The position numbers and the translations under genes are program-made. Shown piece by piece: positions 52,301 through 64,000 of a stretch of DNA of 64,000 nt (position 1 is its first letter; the number at the start of each line of letters is the position of its first letter). The notes beneath the pieces were generated by a model. The model saw only the letters and a list, made by a program, of their open reading frames with translations. It was not told the DNA's origin and made no database searches. This DNA comes from Trichosphaerium sp. ATCC 40318 (lineage: Eukaryota; Protista; Tubulinea), in assembly GCA_038496445.1 (NCBI GenBank), contig JALMLS010000452.1:4139-68138 (forward strand), written 5' to 3'.

Positions 52301-54988
52301 CCTGATTCAAGTAATACTTTTATCACATTATCATGTCCTTTATACGCTAACAATTAAAGTTAATGTGAGTAACAGATGTTGTTATGTTTAAACAGTATCA
52401 TACCTGCAATAATTAAAGCAGTACATCCATAGTTTTCTTTGGCTTCAATGTTGGCTCCTGATTCAATTAATACTTTTACCACATTATCATGTCCTTCAAT
52501 GGCTAACAATTAAAGTGTATGTGAGTAACAGATGTTGTTATATTTAAAAAGTATCATACCTGCAATAATTAAAGCAGTACATCCATCGTCTTGTTTGGCT
52601 TCAATGTTGGCTCCTGATTCAAGTAATACTTTTATCACATTATCATGTCCTTTAATGGCTAACAATTAAAGTTAATGTGAATAACAGATGTTGTTATGTT
52701 TAAACAGTATCATACCTGCAACAATTAAAGCAGTACGGTCATTATTTTCTTTGGCTTCAATATTGGCTCCTGATTCAAGTAATATTTTTACCATATTATC
52801 GTCTCCTTCAATGGCTAACAATTAAAGTGTATGTGAGTAACAGATGTTGTTATATTTAAAACAGTATCATACCTGCAATAATTAAAGCAGTATGTCCATT
52901 ATTTTGTTTGGCTTCAATGTTGGCTCCTGATTCAAGTAATATTTTTATCACATTATTGTCTCCTTTATTGGCTAACAATTAAAGTGTATGTGAGTAACAA
53001 ATGTTGTTATATTTAAAACACTATCATACCTGCATTAATTAAAGCAATACGTACATTGCGTATTTTAGCTTCAATGTTGGCTCCTGGTTCATGTGATATT
53101 TTTACCATTTTATCATATCCTTCAATGACTAACAATTAAAGTGTATGTGAGTAACAGATGTTGTTATATTTTAAACACTATCATACCTGCACCAATTAAA
53201 GCAGTACATCCATCGTCTCGTTTAGCTTCAATGTTGGCTCCTGATTCAAGTAATATTTTTACCACATTATCATGTCCACACATGGCTAACAATTAAAGTT
53301 AATGTGAGTAACAGATGTTGTTATGTATAAACAGTATCATACCTGCAATAATTAAAGCAGTACGTCCATTATTTTCTTTGGCTTCAATGTTGGCTCCTGA
53401 TTCAAGTAATACTTTTATCACATTATCGTCTCCTTTATTGGCTAACAATTAAAGTGTATGTGAGTAACAAATGTTATGTTTAAAACAGTATCATACCTGC
53501 AATAATTAAAGCAGTACATCCATTGTCTTCTTCAGCTTCAATGTTGGCTCCTGATTCAAGTAATACTTTTACCATTTTATCATGTCCATACATGGCTAAC
53601 AATTAAAGTTAATGTGAGTAACAGATGTTGTTATGTTTAAACAGTATCACACCTGCAACAATTAAAGCAGTACGTCCATTATTTTGTTTGGCTTCAATAT
53701 TGGCTCCTGATTCAAGTAATACTTTTATCACATTATCATGTCCTTTAATGACTAACAATTAAAGTGTATGTGAGTAACAGATGTTGTTATATTTAAAACA
53801 GTATCATACCTGCAGCAATTAAAGCAGTACATCCATCGTCTTCTTTGGCTTCAATGTTGGCTCCTGATTCAAGTAATACTTTAACTACTTTATCATGTCC
53901 TTTAATGGCTAATTAAAGTTTATGTGAGTAGTAGATGTTGTTATGTTTAAACAGTATCATACCTGCAATAATTAAAGCAGTACATCCATAGTTTTCTTTG
54001 GCTTCAATGTTGGCTCCTGATTCAAGTAATACTTTTACCATTTTATCGTCTCCTTCAAGGGCTAACAATTAAAGTGTATGTGAGTAACAGATGTTGTTAT
54101 ATTTTAAACAGTATCACACCTGCACCAATTAAAGCAGTACATCCATCGTCTCGTTTGGCTTCAATGTTGGCTCCTGATTCAAGTAATATTTTTACCACAT
54201 TATCGTCTCCTCCAAGGGCTAACAATTAAAGTGTGTGAGTAACAGATGTTGCCACGTTTAAAACAGTATCATACCTGCAATAATTAAAGCAGTACATCCA
54301 TAGTTTTCTTTGGCTTCAATGTTGGCTCCTGATTCAAGTAATACTTTTACCACATTATCATGTCCACACATGGCTAACAATTAAAGTGTATGTGAGTAAC
54401 AAATGTTGTTATATTAAAAACAGTATCATACCTGCAATAATTAAAGCAGTACATCCATGGTCTTCTTTGGCTTCAATGTTGGCTCCTGATTCAAGTAATA
54501 CTTTTATCACTTTATCATGTCCTCCAATGGCTAACGATTAAAGTGTATGTGAGTAGTAGATGTTGTTATGTTTAAAACAGTATCATACCTGCAATAATTA
54601 AAGCAGTACGCCCATATTTTTGTTTGGCTTCAATGTTCAATCTTGATTGTATGCATAACATTACAATAACATGGAGATTGTTGCTAGCTACAAATTGGGT
54701 TGATACTTAACTGTTGGCAAATACAAACCTGAGTAGAATAGAATGTCTTTTGCTGTCTCAAGAGAATGTAGTGTTTGTTTCAGCACATCACCTAAAGGAG
54801 CAGCGATGTTAAAAAAAGCGAACATGTTTAAACCAAGGGAGGTACATGTTGTAATATTGAGGTATTTGCATTGAAGCTGCGCCAATTCGGCTATTGAAGA
54901 ACTTTTAATAAACGTAGAGGCAGATCAAAGATTCGCTTCTATTACCTTTTAATTCTGATGATTCTTTGATGCTATGTTGGCCGCCCAT
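49373..54988 (-). CDS. ANK-UBR-ART protein B (19 one-exon ankyrin repeats, 18 homogenised; UBR-type Zn finger; PARP-like ART)
   Basis: Same MGGQHS exon as A. ANK exons at 51787-54687. Zn finger FACYDC..LCGYCATQHNQTH..CECTAC. ART VHGTTREAAWGIVKAGFGVISSLDSGYYGQGIYFT..YDELVV. Confidence 0.9.
51787..54640 (-). repeat. Tandem array of ~156-bp exon+intron units (18 full units plus the 3' half of a leading exon)
   Basis: Unit = ag|CC xxx xxx GGA CAT GAT..TTACTTGAATCAGGAGCCAACATTGAAGCC AAA xxx xxx xxx GGA xGT ACT GCT TTA ATT xxx GCA G|gt plus a ~55-nt conserved intron. 19 'acctgc' junctions were counted on the plus strand. Confidence 0.97.
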
Positions 54989-57769
54989 GAAGCGTTGTCA
55001 CCAGTGCTGATTGTACGGTAAAATGGATTTAAGTTTTGCCGACGGTTCATCGAATTACTTGTGTTCCGGCTCGGTGTACATTGTTTGCGTTCAACATATC
55101 TCCTCGTTCATATACAGCCTTTTCCCATACGTACGATGAGAAGATACGGAGATAATACATTATGGCGCAATACAACGAGCAAACCCAAAAATACGGTTCG
55201 TTTGCTTAAAATTATGCGCCATTTGCAGTTTTTGGCGGTTTTTTTTACGTTCCTTTTTAATACTACAACTACTGCCAAAAATTGGCTGTTCATGGTACGT
55301 GTATAGTATAAAGAGGATTAAATCACTGGTTTGCCATCAGATTCCATGGGTAACGCACGTTACGATAATGACATTATCATAACGAGAACAGCGAGTTCGT
55401 TGAGCAGGTTTATGCTCTATCTCGCCACGCTACAGGACATCATTTACTTTTTTTTTGAAAATCACGTGGCAAGATAGATTTTTGCTCGCTGTATTTGTTT
55501 ACAAGGTTTTTTTTTCTATCCGACGCTTCTATCACGTATCGTAGCAATTAAAATAGCGTAATGGAGCGAAAGATTAAAACATAAAGTATGAAATAGCAAC
55601 CAATTACGCCATTAAACGCTATCTACGCGCTAATTATATTAATTAGAGCTTACTGGTTACATTGCAGGTTTAAAGAGCAAACCAAGCGATTTTAGTTTTC
55701 ATTGCCTTTATTGTCGTAATACACAATACGTTCGTTGCGGTATGATATTGAGCTCTCTTCCAAAGTTATCCAAAGCTGTCATAAGGGCACAAGTACCGAA
55801 TGAATCAGAACTTTTGCAACAACTTTGACATAGTTGTATTGGTACAGCCTGCTACTTGTTTAACAAACTAATGTAAAAGCAGACTCTAAACCGTAGTGAA
55901 CTCGTCTCCAATGGTGATACAACGTAATCCAGCAGTAGCAATAAGATCAGAATTGCAAATGTACTGAAAATAAGATTCCTTTCTTGCAACACTCTGCTTC
56001 AGTCAATGGCTTTGGTCCGTACCCTGACAGTTAATACTTAATCAACTTTGAAAGATATACCAGTTGTCACTGACCAGTGCTCAGTCATAACACTAGACTC
56101 ATAGTAATTGATTAAGAAGCTACTTTATCAATAACCCATGCTCAAGGATAGTACGTCTTGTGTTACGTATGATAAAGTTAATTTGAGCTCACATCTTATT
56201 TCAATGATGTCCGTACTTGGAATTGATACAAATAGCTTTCGCGGTCTTTTTCAGGAACGACTCAGTCCAGTCTTTGTTTGTCGACACAACTTTAAGACCG
56301 AGTGATTAATAGCACTAGAAATAAGTGATTGTTTTTCTTTGCCATGTGGTGCTTAAATGTTGTTTTACTGCCAACCTATTGCCAACTAGGAAAGGTGTAG
56401 AAATAGCAAGAAAATAAAGGATGCATTTGAAACTATGCTTAATTGAAAAGACATGAGATTCTTTACGTTGTTATTTTCCTCATTTCACACAATAACTCTG
56501 CTTTTGTCCTGCGTAGCAATGACTATTGAAGTTATTGTTACAAGCGACTTACAATACGAAATTTTATTTCTCTTTTTATTCTTATATTGCATCATCTCTT
56601 CGGATCTCTTCGGATTATCACCATCCATATACAATAACAGAAAAAACAAATAAACAACTTAAAATCAAACGGGATTGCAAGTCACGTGCCAAGATGTCTG
56701 TACATCTCGAATTACTCTAAATGCTTTATTGTTTGTAAGTGGTTAAGACTGGTAGAATAAATAAGGCCGGCCAATTATATCCTACAATAATTGAAAGTGT
56801 AGAAAGTGCAAAGTTGCCTTGAATTTTACAAAACTCGCACAAACATTACTTATTGATAGGCACCAAGTTTATGTACGCTAAATGTTCTTTGTCTATCCTC
56901 TTGCTTACATGTATCTGTTCAGAGCGTTTCTTAGTATTTAGCGTGAATTTGGAGACTGAGAATTGTGCTATTTCTAACCAGAAAATTTGGTTGCACATGC
57001 TGAGTCAACGTCTGGAAAACTTGGTGAGATTACTGGTGATACTCATGGCGTTGCAAATCTTGTTGAAGGAAATATTATAAACAAGGTAAAGGACAATTTG
57101 GTGGAAAACTTAACAAGTCTTACTAATATCTTTCCAACAGGGTGCCTTTTAGCTTTTGGGACTGCCCCCGTAAAACTCAAACCATGTTTGTATTTTTTTG
57201 CTTGATATTATTTGGACCTATGCATCGAACAAAAACGAATTTCAAAGCCATTAGGAGCATGCAGGACTTAAAAAAAGAATGTTGTAACACCAACAAAATC
57301 TCACATTTTTAAATGGTTTAGCCGATTACAGATTTTGTAGAAGAGTTTCTTAGCCGTTGGCTTTGCCGGGACTGGACCACGAACACCTCTAATTCAATAC
57401 AATTGAACACTTTTTTACTTCACGGTCGCATAGCATGTGCAACCAAGTTTTTTCTTTCTGGTTAGAAATGATACCAGTTATCTTTTTAACTTATATTAAT
57501 ATTGTAGGTGACAGTACTGGAAAACTGGTGAACCAACATCAACTTCTGACTATGAAAAAATCTGTAAATGTCACGTGACACTGTAGTGTTCCTTTCACGG
57601 AAGTGTCATGAAAATGGCATTGGTAACAGCTATCCCAAAAACTTTGTGGTCTCATACCAGCGAATGTATTGGCTTTGAGATGAATGCTGCCATCGTAACA
57701 TCAGAACAGAACAAACAACAGCCAGATTTTCATTGCTTTGAAGACTGTCAACATGAAAGAAAAGAAGTA

Positions 57770-58040
57770 GAAGGCAACCTGATGATTCTATGCGATCACT
57801 ACGATGTATGGTTCCACTATAATGCCTCAATTGGGACGATAGACATTGAGGAAAAAGTCTAAGGCTGAACAATGGATTTGTGATTCTTGTAAAAAACATT
57901 TAACAAAAGTTACAGAAGGACGTGCTCACCTGACCACAGAAATGTTGAAAACATGACAAAAAGTATTGTACAAGGATATTGCCTCAAAAAGCAAGGAAAC
58001 AAAGATATACTCATTGATAGACTGACAAATCGACAAATCC
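57770..58040 (+). pseudogene. Decayed PHD finger and SAP-like motif (probably transposon-associated)
   Basis: MILCDHYDVWFH...WICDSCKK followed by GNKDILIDRL, with stops and frameshifts. Confidence 0.5.
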
Positions 58041-58952
58041 TGAGTGTTTAGAAAATAATAAAGCTCAAAAAATTGGGCTCCACGGAATGAAAAACCAGTT
58101 CTTCGCAACTTCTATTGTTCAGTACTTCGGAGCAACAACGGACGTAGAAAGTAATAAGGCTTGCTAACTCAAAGTGTGCTGTTAGAAAATTGCAAAACAA
58201 TAAAGCACATATTAGAAGTAGTTCGAAATTTGTTTGACATACGCCAAGCGTTTGTACTACTGATGTAATTTATCTACTTTTGTCCAGCCTGGGAATTATG
58301 ATTGTTGATTCCGTACTCCAATACGTTGTTTTACGCGTAAGGAAACGTTTTATAATACTCGTTGTCCCAAACTAGGTGCCATTACAGTCTTTAATAGAGA
58401 ACCAACCGCAAGGTAGTATTGTATATCGTAGACGTCTGTTGAACAAGGAAGGTCAAAACGAGAACACCAACACACTAGGAGAGTACTTTCATTGTATTTT
58501 TGTCCCATATCAGTGCAGTTTGAAACCACGATTGTTACACTGAAACGAACGATAGACCTAGTTGGAGCTTTCGCACGGCAATTGCCAGCCCGCTCCTATT
58601 TTCTACTTGCATTATGCACGAGCGATAGATTTTACATCCGTTGCTGGCTTATGCAAGGAGAGGCGCCTATTTGTGTTGAAACTAACAAAGTGATAGAGCT
58701 CTAATTGAAGCTTTCGTACAGAACATCACAGCGTTTTTTGATTACGTAAACACAGTTTGCGTAAGGGCAATTAGGTTTTGTGGCAAACGGCCATTTTATG
58801 GTTTACAATAGCACAATTGCAACCTCAACAGTATGCGCGCATGTTTGCAACGTCACAATAAAACAGCTCACAAAATTATAAGATGGTTTGAGGGAGAGCC
58901 TTTTTCAAAGGATCGCTCGGTGGTGCTTTGGCAGTATGATAGGGAAAAGAAT

Positions 58953-59121
58953 AAACCACAACGGAGCTGCACGAGGTAACAGTAAACCCTTATCACCTAC
59001 GAATGGGATACCTCTACAATAAAGGCTAAACAGAGTTCAGCCAATACTCCATGTTGTTGCAGCGTAGTTCTTTCCTCCACAAGAAGCAAAGTCATGCTTT
59101 TTCTTTAACGGTAGTTTTTTG
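58953..59121 (+). repeat. Second copy of the 169-bp repeat (see 1362-1530)
   Basis: Direct sequence match. Confidence 0.9.
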
Positions 59122-60719
59122 AATTCTTTCTCAATAAAAATTAGTTGCTTTTCATGTTACTAGTACTAGGTCTTTGCTCAGTAAATTCATCTTTCTACGC
59201 CGTGTGAAATATCGTAGTAGCTATCAGCCAAAGCGTAACTCGCCACGCCAAGACGATAAGGGTTGCTAAGCACAAGTACTCTAGCTGAGAATACACACAT
59301 TCCGTGCGTGTACAAGTAAATTAACTTTGGTCGCTCCTGCATTGCACTATACTGGTTATGTACATATTGCGTTAGTTGCATCGTCCCATACTTTTGATGT
59401 TATAGCTTTTAAAAAGTTCGCTATCAGTACACAACGACTAGCTAGACTTCTTGTGCCCAGCGATCAACAGTTTTTGTGTGCGTCTGTTCTTGTCCTAGGC
59501 TATTTGTTTTTAGAAAGTCTGTGGACTTTTAACACTACGTTTATTCCTCTGAATTGTAGTCGATTGCGCGCTAACTTGGTTACATGGTTAGAAAAGTAAC
59601 AAGAGAAATCAAATCTAACATTTGTCACATTCGCTCAGTGTTCTTTGAAATCAGACTTTAGTCGTAGTTTTATTCCTAATTAGTGCTATCGGTACTGCAG
59701 CTCTCCAATTGGATTGAAAAAAACCGCCTAGCACACTAGGTATTCACATCCTAATGTACATACCCGCAAAAAGGCATCGACTAAAATGTAGACATTTTGA
59801 CATGTGTCAAATTTTACGCAATTTTGGCTTAACATAACATCAAGTGTAACGTGACGCCTAAAAATACACATCATTGAAAGGAATAGGTTTGGTTTATACA
59901 TGAGAAAAAAAGACTTTGTACATCAACAAATACAGACCTTTCGCTACCTCAGGTGTTAGCAGTGCTGTAACTCACAAACGAAACACAGAAAAAGGGAGCC
60001 AAAAGTGAAGTCTTGCAATGTAAGCGAAATCGCAGTTTTTTATTAAAGATTTTGAAGCGTCTTTGTGAAGTCACCACACTTACTCCGCATTTTAGGACAA
60101 AAGATGGTTCTTCCCTATTTCCATCATAGATCATGCGAGTGGAAGAATATTATTGCTAGAGAATTTATTACATACAAGCGAGATATATAATAAATCTCGA
60201 TCATTGTTTGCAAAAGTAAGTTGCAGGTGAAATAATTTAATGTTCTGAGACTACTCATTTTGGTCTCTAAAATGAGAACAAGAAATAGCACTAGTTCTTT
60301 TAACAGCACGCATAGATAAGCTATTCTGTTTATAACTAAGGAACATAGAGTAACATCTACCACTGACACCAAACTATTACTTTTGGAGAAACTTTTGCAA
60401 TCTTTTTTGCCATTTATTCCTTGTAGAAACAAGGGAGAATACAACTCCCTGAATAGCGTCTGGTATAGTTCCAGTTATAATATGTACCTAATTTGTTCAT
60501 TCTATACATAAAGAATAGTATAGTATAGGAGGTGAAGGATACCTTTATTGACACAAAGACAGAAACAAGGTAGCCAATAAAAATTGCATCCATTAATTGT
60601 TGACTTTTTCAAATATTTTTCTGTATAGAAATACAAGTGAAGCTACCAACGCATAGAGCTCTATACTTTGAAATCCCAAACAGAAATATCATAAATTGGT
60701 TTTTGACATCGCTTACCAA

Positions 60720-61185
60720 CCATATGTCTTCAAGAGGTCTTTCCCTAGCTATCAATTTGTAATGAACTTGGTAGTAGGCTGGTTTTATTGGCTGTCCTCT
60801 TAACTTGTCGGTGCTTGTGCCTTTCATAATTAGTAGCTAGTTCAAAGTAAAGACTTGTTTGTGTACTTACAGGATATACATCCAGTACTGCATATTTTTT
60901 ATACTATTGTAAACTCCTGCTAAATGTCTATACTTGAGTTGTTGGGACCACTTACATTAACCAAACCTGTGGTATTGCCAGGAGTGACAAGACTCAAGAT
61001 GAGTGTTTTTTCATTCTTTCCTAAATATCATATGAACAATCATGGTTTATACTTCTCTAAGTGTAAGAAGTAGGTATGAGAGCACACTGTGTATTTTGTA
61101 GTGTACTGCACAGTATATCCCTGGCCAAAAGGTAACAAACTGACAATTAAAAAAAACCAACCTCACATTACTGTAAGCTGATTTC
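60720..61185 (-). pseudogene. Decayed PARP-like ART domain (right relic)
   Basis: KTLILSLVTPGN, VYP|gtaagt intron in the same position as in the intact genes, and DKLRGQPIKPAYYQVHYKLI (cf. LVGKPIKAGYQSHYVLV). Confidence 0.8.
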
Positions 61186-61770
61186 ATGGACAATAAATAT
61201 CCCTGGTGACTGGACAAGAGTGTTAATGTAACATGGATTTGAACAAGAGTTACAAGGAGCAAATAATAAGGTTGATAAAACTAGAGAAGAGCTATGCAAA
61301 CATGATCAAATTTAAAAGGAACATATTGTAACTGCATAAATTACTGCAGCGATGGACCTGCAACGGTCACCATAACGACTAAAAGGTTGAGACATCAGCA
61401 TGTAAATACTATTATTACCGTCGGTATCTTTGAATGGTCAGTGTGCTCAAATAAATCCATAACATCCTGCCAGTGACACAACAATTTTCACAGTGAAAAT
61501 ACAGAAAAAAATAAGAAAGGTACCATTTATGGCAAACACATTCAAGTTCAGTTCTGATTTTTTCCACAACAGATCTACATGTCAATACACACGTTTTGTA
61601 TTTTCAACGAGAAAAAGATTTGTAAACATTCCTCGTTTTTGGCTCAAAAAAACCAGAAAGAAGTCATAATATCTGGCTTGAAAAATCGATTTTTGACCTG
61701 ATTCTTTGCACACTAATGCGACATGTATATGTGCGTATAAAACTGCAATAAAAATATTTTCGCCGCTTGG
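60931..61770 (+). repeat. Right copy of the ~850-bp direct repeat
   Basis: Matches 43258-44100. Confidence 0.92.
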
Positions 61771-62859
61771 TTTTCATTGAACAAGAAAACGTTTTTACTC
61801 CAAAAAAAAAATAGAAGATGAACAAATTTTTGACTTCTAAAGGAGCCTCATATTGAATGAAACAAGCAACCAAAGCAAAGCTGTACACGGAGGAGAGCAT
61901 ATAAACTAGATCCAACTATTCAAACCTGAATGACACGGATTGCTATGAACATGTCATCGCCAACCAGCGGATACTACATCATTAAGGTTTAGACAACAAA
62001 TGGGTGGAAGCGTTCATGGTTGCTACAAAGATCACAGGCACACGTCATGTCAAAAAAAAAGTTGTTGCAAAATACTGATGGTTGTTAGTGCTCAATACTA
62101 GTAACACAATATATCGGGTATCCGCCGTGGTAGGGCAATGTACAGACTGCATGTTAGCTTGATTACAAAGTAACCACAGTAAATTACCAACAACAAAAAC
62201 AAATTGGAACGAAGCGGTGACGTCTATGAGACGTAGGGAAGCATTCTTTATGATCAACCGCAGACTAAAAATTTTTCGATCTAACGCCTTGTTGGCACTC
62301 TATTAATCTTCTACGTCGTAGATAGACAAAATAGCAGAAAAAACTGTTGTAGTACATGTTCTTTGGAGAGTAGAGTAGCGCATTGTGGTGCGTAAAGAGT
62401 TCTTTGGTGCCGTTTTCATGCCCCGCAGTGTTGTTGGTTCTGTTTAGCGCAAAAACAGTGTAATTCGTTATGATAATACTTTGTGTTCCCTATCGGGTTA
62501 AAAAATAGTCCGCGAAAACACGTTCTACATTACTGCAAACTGCAAAGAAAATAGGTATTGCCATAAGGGTTTTTCTTTGTTTTCACAACTTTATTTTGAA
62601 AAACCGTTTCGTACTTGTTTCGCTCTATCACTGTATGCTTTTCTGATGATTTCTGAGCGACATCTCGCCAAATCACTTGCTTCTCAACTACACTGCAGTA
62701 CTGACATTTGCTGCCAAGCACAGCGGTTCGAAAAGAAAAAAATTAGGCGCAGCGACAGCAAGCCTTTACGACGCTAACAAACCTCAAGCCTTTTCACTGT
62801 GATTATCTTTTATTTAAAACTGTTACATAACGGTAAAGTACCCATCAGTGACATCTAAA

Positions 62860-63345
62860 CTTTTTGAACTGGCTAAACATTCACGTTCTGTGACAGAGTA
62901 ATTCTTTTCTGCTGGTTGGAATACTCCACTGCGGTACACAATGACCTTTTCATCACCATCTATTGATCTGTGTGAGTACGCCAATGCCAACGTCTGATGT
63001 ATCTGTGAAAAGAGTAAATCTGTGCAGTCAGGTGCAAGTATTTGGAAACCAATGCTGTTTTAAGTGAGTCGAATGCACCATCATGAGGGTTGGACCAGTT
63101 CAATTACTTGTCTTTCTTAAGCATACTGGTGATAGGTGCTGCCATAGTATCTTAGCGTGCCCTTTATAAATCGTCTGTAGTAACCAGTTTTTCATAGGCA
63201 TGCACATGAGTCTGAAAAGTCTTTGGTAGTCGAGATGTTAGAAATAGCGCCCTGTCGATTCTACATGGCCAAGATGGTAGCGTATTGCTACCGAACTTGT
63301 AGCGGGAGCGTTAGTGCGGCCAAACGGCATCATTCGCATTGGTTC
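62860..63345 (-). mobile_element. Ty3/Gypsy pol relic (RT end, linker, RNase H)
   Basis: MMPFGRTNAPAT, GYYRRFIKG, AAPITSMLKKD, AFDSLKTAL, FTDTSDVGIG, AEKNYSVTERECLA; frameshifted. Confidence 0.85.
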
Positions 63346-63423
63346 TACAAGATTTTGAGTAGATTTTCGTCACGAAACTTAACGGCATTGATATTGAACT
63401 ACTAATCCTGAGTGGTTTGCTAC

Positions 63424-63591
63424 TGAAATCAGATTTTTCAATTTACCGCCTTTGGAGGTGTAGATAGCATTATTTGTACGATTTGATCGGTTGAAGCCTC
63501 ACCGTAAGATAGAGAGAAACAGTAAAAATCAGTTGTTCAAAGTGTCATTCTCGTTGTCATAGTGACGTCTAAATTCAACAACTCTCAGAAT
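63424..63591. repeat. Inverted copy of 515-665
   Basis: Reverse-complement match. Confidence 0.75.
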
Positions 63592-64000
63592 ATGGTACAC
63601 GTGACAGGACCATGAATATGAATATTGTTTAACAGGAGAAATTGTTGGTGGTGTTCTATTCCTTGCTGCCGGTCGTGAGACAGATGTTATACCTGACTTT
63701 TTATCTGGGTCATGTGCAACGGTAGCTGACACGATTGATACAGGTTGTAGAGTCGCGTAAAATCTCCTGTTTTTTTTACTGTGTACAGCTCATTGTTGTT
63801 TTCTTGTTTAGGTTTAACATCATTTTCAGAAACTATTTTATATATAACGTAACAGACTAACAGTGAATTATGGAAACAAACTACTTACGTTGATGGCGAA
63901 TGGGAAGGGGACTACAAGCTGTGGTACTCTATTTTTAAACCAAGTCCTCTCCTTCCTTTTGCCATTGATGTAGTTAGATCGAATCATCACTTACCATTTT

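Noticed and set aside
51787-54640. CRISPR array or non-coding satellite
   Set aside because: The 156-bp units translate as 33-aa ankyrin repeats between canonical GT-AG introns. There are no unique spacers and no cas genes, and the context is eukaryotic.
51787-54640. Diversity-generating retroelement (many variable codons look like NNT/NNC derived from AAY)
   Set aside because: No intact RT or separate template repeat is present in the window, and most adenines in the core are invariant. Selection plus recombination explains the pattern.
44735-54988. Tankyrase ortholog
   Set aside because: No recognisable SAM domain. It carries a UBR-type finger and an MGxxxS start, and the ART is divergent. 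The ANK+ART similarity is architectural only.
55100-57700. Short ORFs in the supplied track treated as genes
   Set aside because: No coherent exon chain or domain was recognised. Most short ORFs elsewhere are exon-intron read-throughs or antisense shadows.

Overview
AT-rich, intron-dense eukaryotic DNA (short introns, frequent GTACGT/GTATGT donors). The gene content suggests a protist, possibly amoebozoan, but the taxon is not established. There are three zones. (i) 1-4 kb and 55-64 kb are repeat/TE-relic flanks (LINE endonuclease, Ty3/Gypsy RT-RNaseH, PHD/SAP relics, dispersed repeats shared between the two window ends). (ii) 4-42 kb is a compact gene block: Reeler-domain secreted protein, F-box/LRR relic, Ras, Frizzled/Smoothened-like receptor, multi-TM protein, Zn2Cys6 factor, SPAG7, UFL1, GH114, C2-type phospholipase D, SDA1, and a large type-I surface protein. 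(iii) 42.4-61.8 kb holds the standout locus: two convergent paralogs encoding MGxxxS N-terminus + ankyrin array + UBR-type Zn finger + PARP-like (H-Y-E) ADP-ribosyltransferase (ART). Every ankyrin repeat is its own 99-nt phase-1 exon. In the minus-strand paralog, 18 near-identical exon+intron units vary mostly at the ankyrin binding-face codons and their halves reassort, resembling a natural DARPin-like library wired to an ART effector. The pair is mirrored around a hairpin at the axis of the inversion, shows patchwork homogenisation, and is bracketed by direct repeats carrying decayed ART copies. All gene models are manual splicing by eye, so boundaries are approximate.
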